64,000 nt of DNA from Vermamoeba vermiformis (taxonomy: Eukaryota), in NCBI GenBank assembly GCA_045837725.1, contig JBEWZL010000216.1, positions 1-64,000 on the forward strand. The letters run 5' to 3'. The translations under genes and the position numbers were made by a program. Positions 11,401-21,961 of this stretch are shown here, in pieces. The notes under the pieces are model-generated. The model was not told the DNA's origin. It saw nothing but the letters and a program-made list of their open reading frames with translations, and ran no database searches. Each line of letters begins with the position of its first letter. The first letter of the stretch is position 1.

Positions 11401-14400
11401 GGGTACACATAGCCTGCAAATGAGTTTGCAGTTTCATCCACCACACCAAAGAGATAAACATTCATTCTTGACATGTAGTAGACAGCTCTAGGAGAACAGT
11501 GATATCCCCAGTATGGCAGAACAAGAGTTGTTTTGAAGTCAAAGCAAATGAGACGTATTTTGCCTGCTTTCGCCAACTCTCTTAGACATTCATGGGCTTT
11601 TCTTTCTGCCTGTGCATGAGCAATATGCCGTAGCCAGCTTGCTTCTTCTTCTTCCCATTGTTGTTTAAGCTTTTTAAAAGATTCAGATTGCTGTTGCTTT
11701 GCAGAATATGTTTTTTTGGTCTTATTCCATGCAGTGCTGGCATCAATATAGCTCTGGCAGGAGTCACACCAATTTTTGCTGAAAGCAGATGTTGCAACCT
11801 TATTCTTCCAATGCTTGTTGAAATATTTGTACCAAACAGAATAGTGAAGGGCACAAGGGCAAAATTTGGAGTGTAACTCATCAGATTTTGCAATGTCCTT
11901 GTAGAAGCCAGTTTTTAAAAAGACATTTTGGTAAGTCTGCTCTTTTTTCTTTGCAACAACATAATGTATCTTTGGCTTTTTAGCTTCGTTGTTGTGCTCC
12001 ACGGGAAGCTCTGCAGCTTTACACTTTCCTGCGTAGATGGCAACTCCATCATCTGATTTCAAACGATTGCTTTTATATCTGTAGAGATTGAGTTAGAATT
12101 GTTGCTTTCTCCTGATATGACATACATTACACAGCTCCTGATATGTTCCCAAACATAGTGTAGGTAAAGTTGATGAAATGAACCAATCTCTGGAGGACAC
12201 ACATGGGTTCTCTCATTCAACCCTCTTGAAGCAAAAGGATTTGGAAGCAGCACTGATTCAAGATGCTTGTTGAGTTCTTGTTCTTGTTGAGGGGTTACTT
12301 TCTTGACTGATTTTGCCCACTTCTCTGTCTTTTGTGGAGAAGAGTAAATTCTTTTAAACACAGAATTAAGTCGTTCACTGTGCACTCCATATAGTGCCTG
12401 CCAGCTTCTAGTGCACATGGATCTTTCTGCAGCTACTGTAAACTGACCATTTTCATCCACTTGAGCTAACGAGCGGTACATTGTATGTTCAACAAAATTA
12501 TCTCTATCATCTATTGTCATGGAAATCCAACGTTGCAGGTGTTTGGAGTAATTATGCATTAGAAGAAGAGTGCAAGGGCATTCTCTTTGACAGCATTTCA
12601 GGGTGAAACAGACCAAAGCCATTCCAAGATCAGTTCGTGCATGTCCAGTAGCAATGCAAAAATCCCAGTTGAGCAACACTAATAAATATTCTTTCTTTAG
12701 ATTGGGTAGCTTTTCTACAGAGCATAATGGCCAGTCATCAATATTTGAAAGGATCCAATTCACGTGCGATTGATAATCCCGATGATTGCCGCTATCATTG
12801 GCAATATGACTCAACACTGCCCATGCTATCAAATCATGCCAAGGGTATGCTTGGAGTTGAGTTGCCAAGTCATTGTAGTTTGTGCACAGTTTGTGGTAAA
12901 CAGCAGCTTTTGGATTTCGCTTTTCAGGTGTGCAAACTTTAACTTTAAGTAGAAGTGGAACTTCTGTTGGCATTTTGGAGTCATTTAGCTCATCACGAAA
13001 CATGGCTCTAAAGTTAAATTGCCCTTCATTCTTCAAACAGAGAAGTGCGCCGGAGTAGTACTTTCGCAAGTAATTGATATCACTTTGATTCCATGCCCAT
13101 TGTGATTTGTTGAGCGAAATGCAAGCAATTCCATGAATTAAATATACTCCACAATCATCTCCATTAAGTTGTTTTGGGTATGATGGGCTGTTAGTCATCT
13201 TCCATCTCAAGAATTTCTCAGACTTTCTTGGATGATTCACGGTTGTAAAGTACTTCTCCAAAAAGCATGCTGCAAGTGTGCAGTAGATGGAGTACTTGTA
13301 TCCTGACATGCCATCATAGTGCACTAAGGTGCGACTGCTGAAATTTGCTTCTATCATTGTCCAGTGATCATCATTATAGTGCACTGGCAAAATTATTCTT
13401 GTTCTTTGAGTCATTTTATGCCAATTTAGCCAGTCTGTTGTAATGTTTGGCATATTGCTGCTATCAATGTAGTCTAGCAAAAATATTTAGTGAACATGAT
13501 CAACAAAGTGTAATCTACATACTGCTTTCATTTCCTTCAAAGGACCGAAATTTTACTCTATATAAACTTTCTGTCTTGTATATCCAATCAAGCATTACAG
13601 TGCAGTCAATAAAGTACACTGATTCCTCAGTCACATCATTAAACAGTGATATAAAGGCATTGATAACAGTAGAATCAACCCAAGCACGAGGTTTGCAGAG
13701 AGATTTCAGAGCTCCCAGAGACATGTTGGCACTTTCAGGGACATCTGATTGTAATGTGAAGAAATGAGCAAGCTTTCGATTGGGTTGGTTGCGTTTTGTA
13801 GGCAGATCAAAATCAGTTTGCCAGGTAGAATGCTCTTCGTTTTTGCTTTCACAGCTGCAAAGAGCTGATTTTGTTTTCAAGAATCGGCACTGCTCTAGGT
13901 AGAAACAATTAGCTGCAATTTTTTACAATGCTACAGTCAGGAAAAATCCTAATTACCTTGATGTGGCTCAGAGTCTATCTCAATATCAATTAAAGTTGGC
14001 AAGTTCTTAATTTCAGCATCAAATAGCTGTGAAAGCACCAGCTCTTCATCAGTACAAGAAGATACATTGCTATAGGCATGCTGCAACCTCTTTAGAACTT
14101 GTAAATCTGGCCATCCTTGAATAGAAAAGTTGTTGTTTGTCCAGAAGGTGTGTTGAGATGCTAAATATGAAGCCATTCTTGCTTTGCTTTGAACTACCAG
14201 AGATGCCAAGTCCAGTGCATCTGACAAAGGAACAAGTGAGCGGTACTTTTCCCATAGTGCTTTGTCATCCTGCTTCATATCTTTCTTTACATATTTTGAC
14301 AATGCATTTGATGATCTGCGATGCTTGAACCAATTTTGAACTCTCTTCTCTGACCAAGTGCTGCCTAAAATTGTTGACAGTAGCTGATAGTCAACGGAAG

Positions 14401-17400
14401 TAGGCAATTTTTTTTGGATGAACACATTCTCAAGCAAGTACCATTCTTCAGGCTTGATATAGGAGTCCTTATTTGAAGTTCTAGTAGCCTAACAAACCAG
14501 TCATTATTTACAAGGAATTGTGCATTTACCTTGCCACTAATCTCCTTAAAAGATTGACCATGCTTCAAAAAGTCGGCATAGTCTGCTCTTGGATCAAAGT
14601 CCTGCACTTTGGGCACATCAATGGCAGTTTCTTGTTCGTGCAATTCTAATAACACAACAAGAATAAGCCAATGTAATACATAACAGTCATCATAATTACC
14701 ATTGAATTGTTTGCAAAGACTCACTAATTTCTCCAGTGAAGAAGACTCATTTATTATCTGCAGAGAAACTGAATAAGTAACTACATACTATAAAATATTT
14801 AATTATTCTTATTTCTTCTTTTTCTTTGTTTGATTGCTTGAGCTGCAAGTGAAGCTTTTCTCTGCTCTGTGGCCTGTCGTTTTGCTTCCCGCTCACTAGG
14901 AGTAGGACCTGCTGCACGTTTTGTGCCAGGCTTTTGGATGTTGGTTGTGCTTGCCACAGATTGCGGATTGACAATGGGCTTTGGATTTGCTTGCAATTGC
15001 TGTCCCTGGGCTGAGAATTTAAGAACATGCAACTGCTTTTTAAGTTCTTGAACTTGGCATGCTAACTCTGGCAGTTCTTTCAAGGCTTCATTAAGAACTT
15101 TGTGCATCTGTTGCTGAATCTCCACTTTTTTGCGCAATTCCCTTGATGATTTAGCGTAGCTCGAAAGAGTAGCTGAGAACTTCTTCATTTTCTACATGTA
15201 AACATTAGTAACTTTGTGAGTGTCAAAAGCATTGACGTACTTCTTCAAAAATAACAGTGTCAACTTTTGCTTGGCCTCGGATTTGCTCACGAACTTCATC
15301 TACTATCTTCTGTGCATAATCCAATGCTAATGAGTGATCAGGACTAGCTGGCTTGGTCACATGATGGCTATCAGAGATGACCGGTGATCCTGGTTCAAAT
15401 TCCAAACTTGGACTTTTTGAGCTGTCCTCCAAACCTACGTTATTGACGGGTTCATCCCATTCTCCACCCGCACCATGATTGTCAGCTGAGGATGGATTTT
15501 GGTGCTGAACATCAATATTATCATCAACCACATCAGTGTGTGCGAATCCATCATGGCTGCCATATTGGTTGATAACAGGCAACTCTTTAACAACTGTTTG
15601 ATTTGCAAGTTGTTCATTGTAAGACTGGCCTCCAACAGCATTGCATATGTATTTAATGCTTAAGCTGAATCTTTGTACTGTAGGAGGAACGTTCAACTTG
15701 ACAGCTTGTTTGTACTTTTCAATAGCGCGAGATGTCGCACGGCCTCTAATCTCAGGAATGATTGTAGATATGACAAAGCGTTCATCAAATGACTGGTTTC
15801 TGCGCAAAGAAGCCCACCAGAAATATGTCATCACGTTCGCTGTTTCCAGAGCCAGTCTTTCCTTTTCGCCATGGTGTAATGCACAACCAACATCCAAAGA
15901 TATTCGCTTAACGACAGGCCTTCAATTCAATAAGTTTACAAGTAACACACAATTACAACTTACAACACTCTGTGATAAAGCTTCTGTGTTTTGCTCTCAA
16001 GCTTCTTTCTTGCTCGCGCATTTACCTCGTCACGGTCCTTTCTCTACAAATTTTATGTTAATACAACAATACAATGCGTCTCTAGTAACAATTTGAAGCA
16101 CCATTACAGTGCAAAATGATGCCATTACAGAGCGCATCAGCACCATTGCAGTGCACATAGGCACCATTACAGTGTGTGTAAGCACCATTGCAGTGCGTCT
16201 CGGCACCATTACAGTGCGAGTAGGCACCATTGCAGTGCAAGTCAGCACCATTGCAGTGCATGTTGGCACCATTACAGTGCGTGTCGGCACCATTGCAGTG
16301 CGTGTCGGCACCATTACAGTGCGTGTCGGCACCATTGCAGTGCAAGTCAGCACCATTGCAGTGCATGTTGGCACCATTACAGTGCGTGTCGGCACCATTA
16401 CAGTGCATGTTGGCACCATTGCAGTGCATGTCGGCACCATTACAGTGCGTGTCGGCACCATTGCAGTGCATGTCGGCACCATTGCAGTGCATGTCAGCAC
16501 CATTACAGTGCATGTTGGCACCATTACAGTGCGTGTAAGCACCATTGCAGTGCAAGAGATCAAGTAAATGCATATTTATTTAAGAATAATAATCACCTTA
16601 GCATTGTTGCGAGCCTCCTCTATCAAAATTATTAGGCACTCATATAATAAACTGACAATAACTTACTTTGCCACTGTTTACCACTCTTAGAATTGTTTCT
16701 GTCCATACCCTGTACAGTGGTATTGATTAGCAACGGAGGAAAAATCGATTGTTAACCAACACTTTGCGGCGTCTCGATCTCGGAGTCCTTGACAGCCATT
16801 GCACTCCCGTTTGGAGAGCAGTTAGTTCCCGCCTAGTACTTGTCATATACCAAACAGGAGTGCAGTGGCTTGCAAGGATTCCGAGATCGAGATGCCGCAA
16901 GTTGCCCGGGCGCATACCCGGCGCACGCGAAATTGCTTGTTATTGGTATTGATTTATCTTTAAGCTATTACTTAAATAATTGATAAAATGATGTATTCAT
17001 ACTATTAACATACCTGCGGAGCAATGAAAACCTTTGAATTTGAAAAATTTGTCCTCTCGAATTTGGGATGTGAGATCTGAATAATTTTTAAATTAAATCA
17101 AATAATTATAATAATGTAATTTATATATTACTTATATTATTATTAAGGGGTCGCCTATATAATTACCCCTAATTATATTTATTTGGTTAAATGCATCCCC
17201 ACATCCAAGTGGAGTTGCCGGCAGTTCACTTACCAAATCGAAATGACTCTCCAACCAATAAAAAATAGTGTTTTATAATAAAAACGCCCCTATTGTGGTA
17301 TATATCACGTGCGTTCAAACAAAACAAGCAAAAATTAATGTTCGCAACAGATCTTGGTTCGAACACACCAAAAACCCTTTATTTTTACAAACAATACCTA

Positions 17401-18270
17401 TAACTAATATGAACGTGGGTTTATAAGGCTCCGCTGACCTTGGAGCGTAAAAAGTATTAATAGTCGCTCTAATTAAATCGTATCACGTACGCGACACTTG
17501 TACCACTTCGAACGCATTGGCTTTCGTATTTGAAAGGTCGGTACTAGTAGAAAGGTAAGAGTAGGGGCCTGGTTGAGCGGCATTAAGGCGCGAGCCGATA
17601 TAGCTTCCGTTCTAAGAAATACAAAATCAGGTTTGCGTTCAGTAAGTGACTAGAACGTACCGCTGAACGATAAAATGTGATGGTGTCGGTATCGGTTTTA
17701 ATGGCGTAAATTGGGATAAAGTTATCGAATGGTCCGCTGCCAAGTTGTGTTTGTTCTTGATCAGCTACGTAGGTGAAGAACTGCACGCCTTGTTTATTAG
17801 GCTTATTTAATAGTTAGAATATTTAATAAAATATATATATATCATTTTGCGTACTGTATCGCAAACGCCGGCCACGGCACACGAATCGAGACCTTGCATT
17901 ACCGTCGCTGAGCAGTATTCAGATCCAGTCGGAATTAAATTATTAGGAAGTGAAATATTATTAACCGACGATGAAGCAATATCGCCACTATAATCCACGC
18001 CTATTGAATACAAGGCGAATTCCGTAGTGCCTGAACGAGAATCCACTAAGCATCCGCTTAAAGAGCCTTTCGTGCCATCACCATGGAAAAAAAAAGATCT
18101 ATACACGGCTGTATCGGTATTTGGCAACGAATAAGAAGTTAAATACTGGAACGCTAGAATAATGAATTAGTATTTTTGTGATTAAAATAAATTGGTGTCT
18201 TACTGTTGGCGCCAAGAACTAGTGGGGTTAGTAAGATAATGCAACAATATGCGGAAATTATTTTTCGCAT
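8402..18270 (-). CDS. Receptor-type TKL kinase, paralog of 5644-8310; its intron at 10267-17490 contains the transposon
   Basis: Signal peptide MRKIISAYCCIILLTPLVLGA at 18270. Exons at 17491-18270 join exon 10094-10266 in phase 1 (VVQVS-P-TRYFIAS), matching the paralog's phase-1 junction (VHQSQ-P-TEFYMAR). TM GLIVGLVVGSAVAAGAIVLAVLL; kinase motifs at 8400-9500. Confidence 0.85.
10383..14757 (-). CDS. Transposon polyprotein: homeodomain - Ulp1/SENP C48 protease - Cys-rich/HTH-like region - DDD transposase - two chromodomains (premature TGA at 10776-10778; 5' start uncertain)
   Basis: Removing four GT-AG introns (14529-14489, 13956-13913, 13522-13474, 12125-12079) gives one frame of 1398 codons. 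Motifs: LLENVF...WSEKRVQNWFKHRR; AWVDSTVINAF...DHWTM...HYDG...QLNGDDCGVY; ICFDF...FAADNCSGQNKN...GHTKFGPDRWFG; YDVQQIVDAR...EYKVKFK...EW and ILIQWVGWP...WTWE. Confidence 0.85.
14799..16706 (-). CDS. Transposon accessory gene, 5 exons, 404 aa, unknown function (acidic low-complexity middle, coiled coil, basic NLS-like C-terminus)
   Basis: Exons 16706-16667, 16619-16597, 16043-15964, 15919-15241 and 15191-14799 join in frame through canonical GT-AG sites: MDRNNSKSGKQWQKEARNNAKRKDRDEVNARARKKLE...LDVGCALHH...KQRKRRNKNN*. Confidence 0.75.
16098..16553. repeat. Minisatellite of 22 x 21 bp (GCACCATTRCAGTGCRTGTYG) inside intron 2 (16596-16044) of the accessory gene
   Basis: Strict 21-bp period. The unit has an internal dyad (GCAC...GTGC). 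Many unit variants are CG->TG/CA. Confidence 0.95.
16764..16900. other. Long imperfect inverted repeat (51-bp arms, 35-nt loop) upstream of the accessory gene
   Basis: 16764-16814 ttgcggcgtctcgatctcggagtccttgacagccattgcactcccgtttgg pairs with 16850-16900 ccaaacaggagtgcagtggcttgcaaggattccgagatcgagatgccgcaa. Confidence 0.9.
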
Positions 18271-18548
18271 AATTAATTGCTGTTATGCTCGCTGCATTAA
18301 AAAGAATACCAAATAAAGATCAACAATGCAAAAAAGGAAAGTTATCTCCCCCGAGATTGTAACATTATGGAAGGCAGTGAGAAGAACGCGTTGTAGTCTC
18401 GAACGAATGGTGCGAAATCTTCTAGCACGATTTTGAGAAGGAACATTAAATTTTTCGCATCCCGAGTTTTTGGTCCCGTGAAATCTTTTTGGTGACAGTT
18501 TGTTGCCACCAAATTCCACAGGAGAACAACACAATCCTGTATATTGAT

Positions 18549-18957
18549 ATGAACTCTCAAGATCAACCCCAATACCTTCCTGGTCAAACACCTGTTTACC
18601 AACAAGTCACCCCGAACTACGCCGTAGCTCCCGTGGGTGCTTACGTGCAACCTCCAGACTGTGGATACCAGCAACAACCACAGCAACAGCCATTAGTTCA
18701 ACAAACAGTAATTCACGTTAGTGGTTCGTGCCCAACTTGCGGCCGTGGAAACCTTGAAGGTAAATCTGATCAACCGTCTGTGACAAAGAATTACCTACTA
18801 GTTTACCACATTAGTCTAATTTTGTTTCCATATTATAGACGAGTTCACTTGCTGTGGCGTCGCTTGGGCAATTATTTGCTTCCCGATCGGTCTTCTGTGT
18901 TGCTTCTTAATGCGCAAAAAGAAATGCTACACTTGCGGTTATGAGATTGATGCATAA
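18549..18957 (+). CDS. BRI3 (brain protein I3)-family small Cys-rich membrane protein
   Basis: Q/P/Y-rich N-terminus, then CPTCGRGNLE-(intron 18760-18838)-DEFTCCGVAWAIICFPIGLLCCFLMRKKKCYTCG. Confidence 0.85.
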
Positions 18958-19135
18958 ATATTGAATTTAATGGTATTCTTTGTTGGAATCTTCTGAAATC
19001 ATTTTGTGAGCCGATCAGGTAAACTTTCATACGTTTATGGACAACATAACAGGTACACAGGTAGTTAAACAGAACATACTAATTTATATTGAAGATTTTA
19101 GATCGATATTTAGACGTTTGAAGTTATAGTTATTT

Positions 19136-19619
19136 TTAGACGTTAAACAATTCCTTCCACAAGTACCACTTTCCGTCAGCTTGCTTCTTCCACACGATCA
19201 TGTAGTTACCACCAGCAAGGTTAGTTTTCCACGAACTCTCCTCGATCGCTACGTCGTCAGAAACTGGAGTTACTTTACCAGTTGTCAGTTTCAGGTCGCG
19301 AAATCCAGCCTCAACATAAGCCTCTAAACAGTTTTCTCTTTGTTAATAGCACGTACTATGCCGCATTAAGTTTACACGATTAAGTAGATTATAAAATTGA
19401 AACAAATTCAAAAAACTTCGCAAAATTCGAAAATGAAATATTACTTGTCCAGAACGCGGCAATTGCTTCGTGTCCATGGAATGCTTGACCTTGTGCATTT
19501 GGAGGATAAAGAGATCCGTCTGTTGTATAGAGCTTGGCAAGGCTAGGCATGTCATTAGCGTTGAAGAACCCCTCGAAGACGCGGTTGTTTTGATCGATGA
19601 TGCTTTTTAAGTCGGTCAT
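19136..19619 (-). CDS. SnoaL-like / DUF4440 (NTF2-fold) protein
   Basis: MTDLKSIIDQNNRVFEGFFNANDMPSLAKLYTTDGSLYPPN...GHEAIAAFW-(intron)-...GNYMIVWKKQADGKWYLWKELFNV*. Confidence 0.8.
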
Positions 19620-19851
19620 AATTGATAAACTGAATGACGTCTGTTGCAAGAAGAATGAAATGAAACAAATGCATAATCCTGACCTTAAGGTCGAGAAAAT
19701 CACACAGGACCGAATTTCGGGAATCTCCCAGTCCCGAAAATTTACGAGATCGTAGTTGAAACGATATTTTGGCATATTTTATAGGAAAGAAGCTCAGACC
19801 GAGCCCTAATTGTAATTCGCGCAGACTTTTAACTCTGATCCACTTAACCTT

Positions 19852-21899
19852 TTATTGAGAATTCTGTTGTCGCTTCATCATTATCCATCCGACAACCGCA
19901 GCAGTAGCCGATACTACTAAGGTAGTGCCGGCCAATACTTTGGTAACAAAAGAATCGTTCGCTTTTTTGGATCCGGATTTTCCTTGCTTCTTCTCGCCAC
20001 GTAGCTCGCTTAACTCTCTGCGCCATTTTCTTCTTGCAATAGCGGACTCTCTTAGTGCGTCTCGACGAATGTTCTCCAATTTTGAAGCCCATTGCTCGCG
20101 CAATGAAACACCAGATGCGACATCCACGGCATTTTGCAAAATGTCGCTCCAAGTCTTTATAACACCTGATACTAGCGGATCATCGATTGACAGTATGTTT
20201 GTGCGAAGTACTGCCACGTGCTCTGCTAATGTTTTTGAAATCTGCATCTTGCTGTAAGCTCTGTGTTCAAGCTTGCACGCTTCGAACCATTTGTTCAACG
20301 CATCCACAACGACGACGAGATCATTGCTCAGCACTGGCGGTACATCAAAGCCTTGGTCCATGATAAGTCTGTTAAGTATTCAATTAGCATTGTACAAAAA
20401 ACCTTTCAAGTTGCGTCGCATCCGGATCATAATTACGTACTTGAGTAACATTTTGCTGGAGCCAGCCTCGTCATCAATTATATCGAGTGATTTCAATATT
20501 TCTTGTTGGGCTTCAATATCTGCAACGGTTTTATAACGTGGAGCAACTTCATTCAACTCCCTTTCAATTTCTTTGTCCTGGTTGAATATTAGTACCTTAG
20601 TGTTACGTGCATGTATTCACTGTACTTACTATATTTTTATTATGCTCTTTTTGTCCGAATGATTTTTTGGCTCGCATAAGCAATTGATTCTTTTGCGCTG
20701 ACTTGCGCATATTTTCGTTCTCCTCGTATGCTTTTACAGTAAAATAGACTATGAAATATTGTTAATATACAGAGTACTAATTATTTTCATAGTCGCCTAC
20801 TTGGTACAGATTGCACATTGATCAGATCCGCCTTCAAACCTTCTAGATCGTTATCCTTGGCAATGTTAGGAACTCACACCAATGGCATGCTTGTAACTTA
20901 CGTCGAGCTGCATTAGCTCTGGCATGTTGAAGGCATTGGCTGCAATTACTTTAGATGATAAAATATGGCACCTCATGAGTGGACTTGTAGCTTCGTAAGC
21001 GGGATCTGCCAACAAAATAAACGACTTTAACAACCGTTCAACAACTTCACCACGATCATCTTGAGGTCTAATATAGTGTCAGTACTATAATTGTAATGAA
21101 TTATTATTCTTACCTCGATTGAATGCCCTGTCTCGCTCGTCGCTTGCCGAACAAAATTAACGCGGATGTGCACGAATTGGAAAGCACGCTTTCAGTATTC
21201 GCTGTTACAAATTCCCGCAATTTATCACGTGGTAAGCTCTGCAATAATGATAAGCCTCGTATAAAGGGCCATGAAGGCACTTACTGCCATGTCAGGTGGC
21301 AATTGCTCCAGCGAAGCAATAAAATTGAATGCATCGTCATCTGAATGCTCTGGATTACGCAGATATTGAACCTATATTATATATTAATATACTCCGATAT
21401 TATTCGCGCAGCGCTTACTAATTGCACCGTTTTCGAGATGGACTCGTGTAATTTATCTAATAAATGCGATTCATCCTGCTTTGCTAAATTATCCATAAGT
21501 TGATCCACTGTTTGACCTGAAGAGTCTTCTTTTGTGCCATTGGTCATTTCTTTCGGTGAATCTACGAGATGAAGATCAGATCTTGCTAACAACATCGAGC
21601 AAAATTATAGCGATATTTTTAAATTAATTGCAAATGTATATTTTGACTTCTCGAAATAACGATTTAATTTTTAAACCGGTGCAGATATTTCTGCAGTGTA
21701 GATCGTGAGTTTACGCACCTTGACTTGCTGATTTTTTGCGAATAACTTCGAATACTGATCTTTGAATATAATTGGATGCACATATGGCGTGTAATCGTTT
21801 ACTTGCTTGCATTACAGCAAGGAAGTCATTCGTGGACAGATTTACCAGGACTCGCGCCCACACTTCAGAAGGAAAATCGTCAATTTCTATGCCCTCCAT
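19852..21899 (-). CDS. F-box protein with a C-terminal transmembrane anchor, multi-exon
   Basis: N-terminal F-box IDDFPSEVWARVLVNLSTNDFLAVMQASKRLHAI; chain of short exons with ct...ac intron ends on the + strand; C-terminal VLAGTTLVVSATAAVVGWIMMKR. Joining all exons into one gene is inferred. Confidence 0.6.
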
Positions 21900-21961
21900 A
21901 GTGATCGTATATAGTTCGCATTAAATAAAATATTGTTCGAGCAAGCCAACAAAATTTTTAT

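Larger units (their letters stand above)
10290..17470 (-). mobile_element. ~7.2-kb Sola1-like DNA transposon carrying chromatin-related domains, inserted in an intron
   Basis: Imperfect inverted repeats TTATGCACCAACGTCAGCGGAG (10290-10311) and CTCCGCTGACCTTGGAGCGTAA (17429-17450), 19/22 matches. Direct repeat CTAATTA at 10286-10292 and 17469-17475. Contains a transposase. Abrupt CpG depletion relative to the flanking host exons. Confidence 0.85.

Noticed and set aside
13949-14437. Stand-alone host homeobox gene
   Set aside because: It splices in frame to the Ulp1 and transposase exons and lies between the element's inverted repeats.
16098-16553. CRISPR-like array
   Set aside because: The units are contiguous 21-mers with only ~6 variable bases and no unique spacers, no cas genes are present, and the context is a eukaryotic intron.
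16030-16635. Five overlapping repeat-peptide ORFs (HCNGAxx, TVMVPT, SAPLQC, etc.)
   Set aside because: They are open because the 21-bp unit lacks stops in most frames, and the array falls within a well-supported intron of the accessory gene.
17142-17175. TTAA-GGGGTCGCC as a Kolobok/piggyBac-type terminus
   Set aside because: No matching opposite terminus found; only a 6-bp local stem.
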